From an uncultured virus (IMG/VR IMGVR_UViG_3300021255_004486) (Duplodnaviria; Heunggongvirae; Uroviricota; Caudoviricetes), in the IMG/VR virus record IMGVR_UViG_3300021255_004486: 64,000 bases of DNA; one strand, written 5' to 3'. The notes beneath the pieces were generated by a model. The model had not been told where the DNA came from and did no database searches. It was given only the letters and a program-made list of their open reading frames with translations. Shown here piece after piece: positions 21,601 to 29,526 of this stretch. A program made the translations under genes and the position numbers. How positions within the stretch are numbered: position 1 is the stretch's first letter; each line of letters opens with the position of its first letter.

Positions 21601-22314
21601 ATAGAAGACTGGCACGATATGATCGAAGGCATACAGTTCCCGTCCGAGATACCATTTATGGTAGAAGATGAAGTATGGCAACGAATGAAAAAGATGGGCG
21701 GTATGTTCGACGAAGAACGCTTGGAAGAGCTGTTTGGTGACGACTGGGAGAACATTGATTGGGAAAATGTTGATTGGGAGCATTTCTCTACCGGCGATCA
21801 GTCACTTGATAACTTCCTTATATATGCCGTACAGCAGGGACTCCTTACAAGAGCAACGGGTGTAGGCAATCTATGTTGCTACTCATCGTATATGATGGTT
21901 GCGATGTTCTTAAATCCCGACCAGGCTGCTGACCTATACAACAACCTCGCAAGTAACGTGTTTAACTACTGTAGAGCGAGTGATGGTCTATTCCAGACCG
22001 GCACATTCCTCTCGGATATGGGACTGACACAGCAACCGCAGAAGACATATACCTATACACCGACAATGAGAGATGAGATGAAAGGTCATTTGGACTCGGG
22101 AAAACCCTTCATACTCCAGGTTAAAGGCTCGTGGGAGACTACAAACGGAACACAGCATACCAATTCTCAGCACTTTATAGTGGGATACGGCTATGATGAG
22201 ACCGGTATATACATCTGCGATCCGGCTCACGGAAACTACACAATGCCTTGGCAGGAAGTGTATAAGCAGTGTTCGGGCAATAACGGAACCGGTGTAAGAT
22301 ATATTTCAAATTAA
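18664..22314 (+). CDS. Large bitopic transfer-associated protein with C-terminal C39-like (papain-fold) peptidase domain
   Basis: Basic N-half, TM (WILIGGAGFFLAIIVLDVILLC), acidic C-half; putative triad LCCYSSYMMV / SQHFIVGYGYD / ICDP. Confidence 0.65.
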   Translation: MPMFDEPGVGGPTPDASQTAQTALDAAKKTAMIVDAAVEKATTAVDDKYQFGYNAPSMQFGDRHHNNTTENQTSSGKNPINGNRGQNKAMFNDGKAEGFSSVVDRSSGSYSVGEGNDGNISVNGHYNSRKKLDLNPVAERTYDAAKQQYEETDSSQGKQELNRRGKTFGVGSMGRKMDKVSIQHSMYDRANKVSAEQAEQMRSLFGAGYITGTTAGERRLTNVVADYQSNLSGVYSYLEKQRINAKNLSEREIKKALEQGELKGFWHHGDTISLTKSPSNPEADNIRFALEELKNLRQTGRMVEDYKNHAGGIKNTVKSWMYETSDGTDVASGYKVVKTGQGLAKVGVRIGKAGLATGINAGIGVVGKAKQVNAIKNTLKAKYMVKHASDAAAKSKYMVHLAEAKEQSVIIRQKTREYKHSVRSFTNKTLKQHVNELAPVKSVRSTIRQKVINPITRPFKAVSDRLRNTVIAKAHTKFKLFTGNLKKWILIGGAGFFLAIIVLDVILLCGSAKTETADYDYEKGETVQDSVAQKLINHLYSYQYAYSINGTTCDPSNIDAEGNLLIEKRLPMSWFEQIKAVDYDIDNQEEKGVAVFWDGSIAGYNFKKYWGQRADKSGMPPGLDSFENDNYYKAEVAVWDGTYDEELQYVYNYETGTSDWEVVEVEHMETVPIYLYGYAGMKDDANDKFDENYYIGNYITKLNFYDDMFKYNISHDSVAYENWLERENPDVTIRYHYFGSKYCFDYTGNKESKFRDLEGTWHYYNVDELYKSILTVTMALTNNSGASEMETLYNNAEIVFDNYDFVKLYAKNLFDLVMDNATVTLETKYEENPEDVLTWTFYDEALDAYTPLEAVGYRCHVTLDIDITDCGIMDMMVLDSIDIPEHGLYGVHGEEGNAWVHENGSTGIYSIQDPSDVDYKQWLTTPRFEGEKPMLPLWGQSGDEDIGDITKNNFMGFQHLPYTNYTDAMASAIEQDSFTIEDWHDMIEGIQFPSEIPFMVEDEVWQRMKKMGGMFDEERLEELFGDDWENIDWENVDWEHFSTGDQSLDNFLIYAVQQGLLTRATGVGNLCCYSSYMMVAMFLNPDQAADLYNNLASNVFNYCRASDGLFQTGTFLSDMGLTQQPQKTYTYTPTMRDEMKGHLDSGKPFILQVKGSWETTNGTQHTNSQHFIVGYGYDETGIYICDPAHGNYTMPWQEVYKQCSGNNGTGVRYISN

Positions 22315-22326
22315 GGAATAGCAATT

Positions 22327-22355
22327 AAGGGCGAGACTTAGTTCTCGCTCTTTTT
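22327..22355 (+). terminator. Rho-independent terminator
   Basis: AGGGCGAGA/TCTCGCTCT stem followed by a T-run. Confidence 0.7.
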
Positions 22356-22458
22356 GCGTGTACAGAAAACTTCCCAAAACTCTTTTAATAACAACAGTTG
22401 TGTATTCAGAATATATCACTTTTATTATAGGAAGTTATGCAAAATACAAGGATAACAG

Positions 22459-23058
22459 ATGAAAAACAGCAATTTACTTCATGAAAAGGCCCGATTGTGC
22501 GTGGCGAAAGATATGTCGGAAGGATATATCGCATCATTACTTAATAAATTATTACTTTATGATAGAAGTATATATGATCATTCTATCAATGTTGCTTATC
22601 TTGCATCACAAGTCCTCATTTTACGTGGAGTAGATAGGTATGAAGCAAGAGAAGTAATACGCGGAGCACTCTTACACGATATAGGGGAAATGTATGTCCC
22701 AAAGTCAATTATCACAAAAGAGGGCAGCTTGACGGACGAAGAATACGAGCTGATAAAGCAACACCCCGTCTTAGGCTTGAATATTATATTGGGCAACTGT
22801 CCAACAATACTTACGGACATTATGCAAGATATAATCCTGCACCACCACGAAAAGCGTGACGGAAGCGGATACCCCGACCATATAACAACGTTAAATCCAT
22901 ATACAGAACTGATTGAAGTATTGGATATCTATGACTCCATGACCGCAAAAACCTTTTATTCAGATCCCTGTGATGACTCGTATGTCATCAATTATCTAAT
23001 AGAAGATGGTTACACACTTGATATCCTGGAAAAACTTAAAAGCATCGAGGCAAGGTAA
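22459..23058 (+). CDS. HD-GYP domain protein (putative cyclic di-GMP phosphodiesterase)
   Basis: HSINVA, ALLHDIG, HP, HHHEKRDGSGYP, DIYDSM. Confidence 0.88.
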   Translation: MKNSNLLHEKARLCVAKDMSEGYIASLLNKLLLYDRSIYDHSINVAYLASQVLILRGVDRYEAREVIRGALLHDIGEMYVPKSIITKEGSLTDEEYELIKQHPVLGLNIILGNCPTILTDIMQDIILHHHEKRDGSGYPDHITTLNPYTELIEVLDIYDSMTAKTFYSDPCDDSYVINYLIEDGYTLDILEKLKSIEAR

Positions 23059-23735
23059 TGGATAGAGAAGCTTACAATATATTCACAATGGGTGAATTTT
23101 ATCTCATAATGTCAACTCTGACCGGTAAGCCGTATATCGATCAGAATTACGATGCATACATGTTTGAAACCAAATCTGACGCGTCAGCCTTTTGTTCTTC
23201 TATAGAGGGTACAGAAGTAAAGAATGCAGAGCATTATCGTATTAAGGAACACTGCACGGAGTTTTATAACTACGGCATACAGAATATCAATATAAAACGT
23301 GTAAATGACGAAATCGTCAAAGTTCCTATGCTTAAAAGCGATGTAAAGGAGCAGCGTTATTATAACCCTATTGCGAATGGGAATATCTTACGCTTAAAAC
23401 AGACACTTAAGAAGCAGTATTTAAGGAATCTTAAGGAAGCAGTATTTCTTGCCCCGGTAAACATCGAAATCAGATACAAGAAACAGTTCCCCCGCGTCAA
23501 TTACAGCTATGCATCATTTACAAATGGCGAGCAATTCTTCATTCTCTTCACCGACTTAATAGAGTTTGAGAAATGGAATGAAAGCCAAAACAATATATGG
23601 AAACCAATGGAACTCGATCTGCGTAGATTCGGAAGAATCCGTAAAGAGCACGCCGTTCTTATAAACCCGCTCTCTGACAAGCTGATACTTTCAAATAAAC
23701 AGATCAAAATAGCACTCGAAAAGGAGAAATTATGA
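23058..23735 (+). CDS. SseB-like protein
   Basis: FLAPV..FILFTDLIEFEKW..VLINP pattern; coupled to the HD-GYP gene. Confidence 0.6.
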   Translation: MDREAYNIFTMGEFYLIMSTLTGKPYIDQNYDAYMFETKSDASAFCSSIEGTEVKNAEHYRIKEHCTEFYNYGIQNINIKRVNDEIVKVPMLKSDVKEQRYYNPIANGNILRLKQTLKKQYLRNLKEAVFLAPVNIEIRYKKQFPRVNYSYASFTNGEQFFILFTDLIEFEKWNESQNNIWKPMELDLRRFGRIRKEHAVLINPLSDKLILSNKQIKIALEKEKL

Positions 23736-24133
23736 ATTCATTAAAGAAGTTCGTGTATAAGTACATTAAGAAGCCATATTACTATGTCCCACCTTGTCCT
23801 GTATGCGGCAGTAAGGTGACCGGAAGGATCGTATCGGGCAACCACAGGGCGACCGAACGTAACTGGATGATAAATGAGGCTCTCCGAAATGGGGAACTTG
23901 TTTTACCCAAAATCGATGTAGAAGAGCAGAACTGCTTTTGTAATGACTGCGGAGCTGCCTGGGAACAAACCGTAGAGCTTAAGTTTTTATCTCTTGATGA
24001 AATAGCCGAACAAAAAAGAATACGGCATACATCGGAAATCCTTGAAGAACGGTACAACGAGATTGAAAAGGAAAAAGCAGAAGCTCCGGGCGGAGTTGTT
24101 GGATTGTTTGCAGGATTTATCGGTAAACTCTAA
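23732..24133 (+). CDS. Putative zinc-binding protein
   Basis: CPVC and CNDC pairs; ATGA overlap with the upstream gene. Confidence 0.6.
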   Translation: MNSLKKFVYKYIKKPYYYVPPCPVCGSKVTGRIVSGNHRATERNWMINEALRNGELVLPKIDVEEQNCFCNDCGAAWEQTVELKFLSLDEIAEQKRIRHTSEILEERYNEIEKEKAEAPGGVVGLFAGFIGKL

Positions 24134-24289
24134 ATAACCCACCAAAATCACACATACAACAAAGCATCCATATCTATATAAGATTTGGGTGCTTTTAATT
24201 TGTGTAAAACCTCGCATTTTTCCTTATTTCTCCGGCCAAAATACATACTTTTATTACGAAGTTTGTATTCAAAAAGGAGGAAAAATAAA

Positions 24290-25873
24290 ATGATAGAGTT
24301 TGGAAAGTTACTTTACGGTTCAACCTCGAAAGTCAACTGTATCGATAAAAAGGTTGGCTCGACAGGACTCGCAGGCCTTGGAATGAGCGAACACCGTCAC
24401 GGTGTTATGGGCGCTCCAAAGGTCAGCACTGTGGCACTTCTTTTCGATTTGCTTTATGACGCACCTAAATCGGCTGCAATATATGCATCCGCAGACGGTG
24501 TATGTCTCGAAGTAGACGGAGAAGTATGTTATGCGACAGAAGAATGTATCGCATACACACCGGAGTGGGATAAGCCAAAGTATTCGTTAATCGCAGATGC
24601 GCTTGTTTCAACGCGCGATAACCTCGAACTCTCTAAGAGCTTAGCGGAATCAATATCTGCACTTAACGCCGGCGACACCACCGCAGCAACACAGTCGATT
24701 CTTACTTTCTGCGATAGTTACTATTATGGAAATGCAAAGAACTCGACAAAAACGGAGACCACAATCTCCAAAGACGAGATCACAGCCGGTCTTCGCTCTG
24801 GATTCTTTCAGAATGGTTTTGGGCCTATACCCGATTCCAAGCTTGGAAAATCCGTACTTGGCGAGCTTAAGAAAGAAAAGGCTCCCAAGAAGGTGAAGAA
24901 AGATGGCAAATCTTTCATACAGGAATGCAAGGAAGGAAAGTACATTGTACCTTACTCCTGGCCCGAATGCATGAAGAGATTCATAAAGCCTGCAAGCTTC
25001 CTTGATACTTTCGAATCAACTCCCGAGTTTGAAGAGATTGTAAAGAAGATCGCTTTCAGAGCAAAGAAAATCCTCGAAAGGCTCGACATGGGCATGTCTG
25101 AGGAGGAAGCCATCGGACGAGATGCACTTAACATCATGCTTCTCGGTAAACCCGGCACCGGCAAGACAACTCTTGCATACGCATTATCCGCAGCAACAGG
25201 CATGCCTGTTTGCACAACTGCCTGGAATAAGCACAGTGATGAAGACGAAGTAGAAGGCAAGACCAAGATAGTAGATGGTAAGCCTCAGTTCGTTGAAACA
25301 AACTCACTGTTGTTCCACCAGTTCGGCGGCATAGACGTAAACGAGGAGATCAACCTTGCTGATCCGTCTGTAACAATGGGTTCTCTTGGTCAGAAGCTTG
25401 AGTATCCGTATATCGTTAAGAGAAACGGTTATGAAGACATTAAGAGACACCCGCTCAATGTAATAATCGCCACAATGAACGTGGGTACGAATGGTTCAAA
25501 CCCTCTAAACCAGGCTCTTGCCAACAGGTTTAGAACTCCATACATCCTTGATGATCCCACCCGTGAGACCTTTATCAATATCATTGAAAAGGCATCCGGG
25601 AAGGGCAGAGATGTATGTGAGTGGGTTTATGAAGCATACGAGGCTACATGCCAGTATCTTCGCGATCCAGACGTGAACGAGGAGGAAATCTGCCAGAACC
25701 TTTCCATTCGTACCTGTCTTGGTGCGATTGAGAATATGGAAGAAGGTCAGTCGCCCATTAGAGCACTGATCAACTCCATCGTCGGCGCTGTTGCGGTTGT
25801 CGATGTGGAAGTGGCAAGAAACCTCCAGAGGGAGAAGATCGAATGTCTCCCGAACCCCGCGTTCGAGTTCTAA
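24290..25873 (+). CDS. MoxR/CbbQ-like AAA+ ATPase with N-terminal extension
   Basis: Walker A GKPGTGKT, atypical Walker B IDVNEEIN, IATMN, LNQALANRF, SIR; AGGAGG RBS before ATG 24290. Confidence 0.85.
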   Translation: MIEFGKLLYGSTSKVNCIDKKVGSTGLAGLGMSEHRHGVMGAPKVSTVALLFDLLYDAPKSAAIYASADGVCLEVDGEVCYATEECIAYTPEWDKPKYSLIADALVSTRDNLELSKSLAESISALNAGDTTAATQSILTFCDSYYYGNAKNSTKTETTISKDEITAGLRSGFFQNGFGPIPDSKLGKSVLGELKKEKAPKKVKKDGKSFIQECKEGKYIVPYSWPECMKRFIKPASFLDTFESTPEFEEIVKKIAFRAKKILERLDMGMSEEEAIGRDALNIMLLGKPGTGKTTLAYALSAATGMPVCTTAWNKHSDEDEVEGKTKIVDGKPQFVETNSLLFHQFGGIDVNEEINLADPSVTMGSLGQKLEYPYIVKRNGYEDIKRHPLNVIIATMNVGTNGSNPLNQALANRFRTPYILDDPTRETFINIIEKASGKGRDVCEWVYEAYEATCQYLRDPDVNEEEICQNLSIRTCLGAIENMEEGQSPIRALINSIVGAVAVVDVEVARNLQREKIECLPNPAFEF

Positions 25874-25882
25874 GGAGGAACC

Positions 25883-27952
25883 ATGAAGAACGAGGAAATC
25901 AGAAAGCGGGCAGAGGCACAATCTCTGTCCCGCACAGGCACAGCTATCTTAAAAGGCGTAAAGTTGGGAGTCGAATGGCTCCCACTTGAGTCTAATCAAC
26001 TCGGTTATACCTCTGGTTCAATACATCCGACAGTCCACGTTGCGTGGTACAATAAGGAGTTTTTTGATCCGATAGAGGAAACCGAGCGTACAATGCTTCG
26101 AATGGGCGTGTTTGCACATGAGACACTTCATCAGTGCTTTACGGCATTTAAGGAGACAAATCTCATGTGTGAGAAGATGACAAGAGCTGAAGCAAGCATC
26201 TTTATGAAGTTTGCGAATACTCTTGAAGACCCCGCAATCGAGTATTTTGCCCCCCGAGTAATGGGCGGCAGACTGCTTGATGCGCTTCACTTCTCGATCA
26301 AACACATCTATCGCATGTCGCCTGCAATAGACGATTCCCCTTCAGCCTTTGCACAGCTTATTAACGCTCTCATCCACTTCGGTGATATGGGCGTTATTAA
26401 AGGACACTTCACATTCCCCGAAGCAAAAGAGTATTTCGAGAAAGTAGCTCCTATCTACAACAAAGGTATTGTATGCCCGGTTGCAGTAGAGCGACTTAAA
26501 TACGCTAAAGAGTGTATGGAAATTACTCGTCCGCTATGGGAAGAAGAAGTAAAGAATGAAGAGGCACTCCGCAAACTCCTTGAAGAATTGATGGAAGCCC
26601 TCGAAAAGAGTGGTTTGCATCTCTTTGAAGATAGAGAAGAGGAGATAGAGGGTGATGAAGACAGCGAAGTCTCTGAAAGAAGAGACAAGGCTGTAAAGTC
26701 TATGGGTGGTATGCCTAAAGACAGCGAAAAAAGCGAAGATAAGTCAGAATCGGGCAAGGGCAAAGGCCAAAAGGCCGAAGATGAGGCAGAAGATGATGGC
26801 AAATCAATGGGTTCTTCATCGGGAAGTGATTCCTCAGAAGACTCATCTGATTCGGATTCAGATTCGGATTCAGAATCATCAAGTGCCGACTCGGGTTCAA
26901 GTTCTGACAAAACTGGCGACAACACATCCACCGGTAAAGCATCAGAGAAATCGTCTTACGAGAGTTCGGAAGATGAAGCCAATGAACTTGCCGATGAGTC
27001 CTACGAGATCGACGATGCCACTCTCGATAAGATTGAGGCGATGATCAAGGAGGAAGAGGATAGAATCGAGAGAGCTGATAAGGAAAATGGCTTATCAAAC
27101 GATGGTAATTTACCGGAGTTTACCATTAACTCTACTGCTTTCAAGAAAGCATCTTGCGCAAACAAGTATGCACAGAATATCCCCAATGCCAGAGTATCTG
27201 AGCTTTACGCCCAGGCAACTGCAAAGTATAGTAGGGAGATCAAAAACCTCTCCAAATCACTTGAAGAACTCTTCAAGTCAGATATGGAACAGGAGAATCG
27301 AACTACGAGCGGCTCATATAACATCATGCGCGGTTCCATCGGGACAACAGCAAGAATGTTTGATAAGAGACGCGATCCTGCTAACCTCAAGGACGCTGAA
27401 ATCTGCCTTTGCGTTGACCTTTCGGGTTCAATGTCCTGTGCAGACAGAATCGGACAGGCGAGAAAGGCAGCAATAATCTTTGCCGAAGCATTGACCAAAA
27501 ACAAGATCCCTTACTATGTAATGGGATTTTCGGCTGACAGAGGCGCAGATGCCGTCCATACTCACTTCGTTGACTGGACAAACAAAAAGCATCAGCGTGA
27601 AAGTCTGATCACAATGCAGGCAGGAGGTAACAACTTCGACGGATATTCAATACGTTATGCGGCTGAATTGCTTAAGAGCAAACCCGCGTCAAACAAGGTT
27701 TTATTTGTTATATCCGATGGAGAGCCTGCTTGCTGTACATACTCAAGCTATGATGATGGTATCTCTGATACCGTCAATGCCATTAAAGAGGCCCGCAAAG
27801 CGGGAATCACGGTTTTCGGAATAGCTGTAGGAAGCGGGTGCTCGCCCAATGTCTTACAGTCTATGTATGGAAGAGATTTCATACATACATCCGAAGCAGG
27901 GCTGACACAGCTTTTGGGTAAGAAGCTCAAAAAGACTCTGAAAAGAGACTAA
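25883..27952 (+). CDS. HExxH metallopeptidase-like plus vWA (CobT-like) protein
   Basis: AHETLH..LED, Ser/Asp-rich linker, MIDAS DLSGSM, VISDGEP. Confidence 0.85.
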   Translation: MKNEEIRKRAEAQSLSRTGTAILKGVKLGVEWLPLESNQLGYTSGSIHPTVHVAWYNKEFFDPIEETERTMLRMGVFAHETLHQCFTAFKETNLMCEKMTRAEASIFMKFANTLEDPAIEYFAPRVMGGRLLDALHFSIKHIYRMSPAIDDSPSAFAQLINALIHFGDMGVIKGHFTFPEAKEYFEKVAPIYNKGIVCPVAVERLKYAKECMEITRPLWEEEVKNEEALRKLLEELMEALEKSGLHLFEDREEEIEGDEDSEVSERRDKAVKSMGGMPKDSEKSEDKSESGKGKGQKAEDEAEDDGKSMGSSSGSDSSEDSSDSDSDSDSESSSADSGSSSDKTGDNTSTGKASEKSSYESSEDEANELADESYEIDDATLDKIEAMIKEEEDRIERADKENGLSNDGNLPEFTINSTAFKKASCANKYAQNIPNARVSELYAQATAKYSREIKNLSKSLEELFKSDMEQENRTTSGSYNIMRGSIGTTARMFDKRRDPANLKDAEICLCVDLSGSMSCADRIGQARKAAIIFAEALTKNKIPYYVMGFSADRGADAVHTHFVDWTNKKHQRESLITMQAGGNNFDGYSIRYAAELLKSKPASNKVLFVISDGEPACCTYSSYDDGISDTVNAIKEARKAGITVFGIAVGSGCSPNVLQSMYGRDFIHTSEAGLTQLLGKKLKKTLKRD

Positions 27953-27975
27953 CAACTGAATATCATTTTATTAAC

Positions 27976-27999
27976 AAAGGCCGCTATATGCGGCCTTTT
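27976..27999. terminator. Bidirectional terminator
   Basis: AAAGGCCGC/GCGGCCTTT stem between convergent genes. Confidence 0.7.
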
Positions 28000-28002
28000 G
28001 CT

Positions 28003-28716
28003 TTACTCTTTATTATTATTTACGCATTCACGTCGAATACGGTGATTAAAGTATTCGATCTTATTCTGCCTGCTTAATGGAAGAGCGTAATGCAAGTATT
28101 CAAGCGGGGATTCGTACACAATAGTTATTGGTTCACCAAGCTCCTTGTTTATCAGCCACTCCTTTGCAGCGCGTTCATCAGCGAAGAAATCATAAAGTTC
28201 CTGGGTGCTCATATCACCCATGTATTGATTTATCACATACCGAAGCACGATATTGGAATTCTCGATTCCGTCCTCGCCGGTGAAAAACTTCTTGGGGTAT
28301 CTGTATTCCGTCTTATCTCCAACCCACTTGCCTAAATGCACCTTTCTCTGATAAGCAGCGATAGCACGGGCTCTCTTGTCAAACTTTATCTCATCCGGGA
28401 AGGCGTATTGTAGGATGAACTGGTAATTCCCTGCATACATTTTCTTCTTTTTATAGCCAATCTTTGTGAGAACCTTATTTAATTTCAGTTTCTCAACGAT
28501 CTCGGTGGTCATATACTTCTCAGCAGTCTTTGCGTCCCACTTAAGAAGATGAGTAATAGCGTATCGCCATATTACACCGGCGATCTTAAAATCTCGCTCT
28601 GTAACAACCTGGCCAACCCCAAGAAAAGTCACATCAAAGTCCTTTTTATTCCCGAGCAGGATCTCCTCGTACTCATAAATGTACAGATTATCAGATACAC
28701 CAAATGATGAAGCCAT
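28003..28716 (-). CDS. Hypothetical protein, DUF4046-like
   Basis: AGGAGG RBS before ATG 28716; YEEILLG..RYAITHLLKW and repeated RYVIN..YALP units; family call is weak. Confidence 0.5.
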   Translation of the reverse strand: MASSFGVSDNLYIYEYEEILLGNKKDFDVTFLGVGQVVTERDFKIAGVIWRYAITHLLKWDAKTAEKYMTTEIVEKLKLNKVLTKIGYKKKKMYAGNYQFILQYAFPDEIKFDKRARAIAAYQRKVHLGKWVGDKTEYRYPKKFFTGEDGIENSNIVLRYVINQYMGDMSTQELYDFFADERAAKEWLINKELGEPITIVYESPLEYLHYALPLSRQNKIEYFNHRIRRECVNNNKE

Positions 28717-28745
28717 AGAATTACCTCCTAAATATAGTCTTACTG

Positions 28746-28791
28746 ATATAAGTATGTAAGATTCATTTTTTAAGTTGATTTTCTGTACACG
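28746..28791 (-). promoter_or_regulatory. Bipartite motif copy (CGTGTACAGA-N25-CATACTT)
   Basis: Minus strand reads cgtgtacagaaaatcaacttaaaaaatgaatcttacatacttatat. Confidence 0.8.
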
Positions 28792-28908
28792 CATTTTTTG
28801 AAATTTCTCCAAAGCACGACAAATACCCCTTAAACCCTTATATCCCTTAGTTTCTCACACACTTATATAACAAACAGTTGTCAAATGGAGACAAAAAGGA
28901 GGTAAATA

Positions 28909-29523
28909 ATGGAAACTGAATTCACAAACGAGATTGAGGATGAAGAACTTGACTTTGGTATATCCTCACCAATCAGATTCCATAATATAACGCACGATGA
29001 CATGAAGAATGGCACCGGGCTACGCGTTGTATTGTGGGTTGCAGGATGTTCACATCACTGCAAAGAATGTCACAACCCGATAACCTGGGATGAAAAAGGC
29101 GGAATGCCTTTCACTCCTTGGGAAGAAGCCGAGTTTTACGACTGGCTTTCGCGGGACTGGACAGAAGGGGCAACATTCTCCGGTGGTGATCCACTTCATT
29201 GTGCCAATAGAAAGTATATTGGGCAGATGATAAGGAACATCAAGAAGAATTACCCCACAAAGAACATTTGGGTATACACAGGCTACAGCCTTAAATACTC
29301 AGATGAAGACGGTTGGTATTTCGAGGATGCACTCGGCAATACCTTTATCTATGAGGAACTTTCTCTGATAGATGTCATTGTAGACGGCAGATTTGAGTGT
29401 GAAACTCGCAAACTTGACATTGCCGCCGGCAAGGAAGTCCTTTGGAGAGGTTCATCAAACCAAAGGATAATAGACGTTCAGAAAAGCCTCACATCTAACA
29501 AAATTGTTGAATTGGAGGAATAA
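28909..29523 (+). CDS. nrdG: Anaerobic ribonucleotide reductase activase
   Basis: Radical-SAM CSHHCKECH, GLRVVLWVAG, SGGDP, DGRF, RGSSNQR. Confidence 0.95.
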   Translation: METEFTNEIEDEELDFGISSPIRFHNITHDDMKNGTGLRVVLWVAGCSHHCKECHNPITWDEKGGMPFTPWEEAEFYDWLSRDWTEGATFSGGDPLHCANRKYIGQMIRNIKKNYPTKNIWVYTGYSLKYSDEDGWYFEDALGNTFIYEELSLIDVIVDGRFECETRKLDIAAGKEVLWRGSSNQRIIDVQKSLTSNKIVELEE

Positions 29524-29526
29524 AAA

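Noticed and set aside
26810..26910. GATTCA/GATTCG hexamer repeats
   Set aside because: They encode the Ser-Asp linker of the vWA protein.
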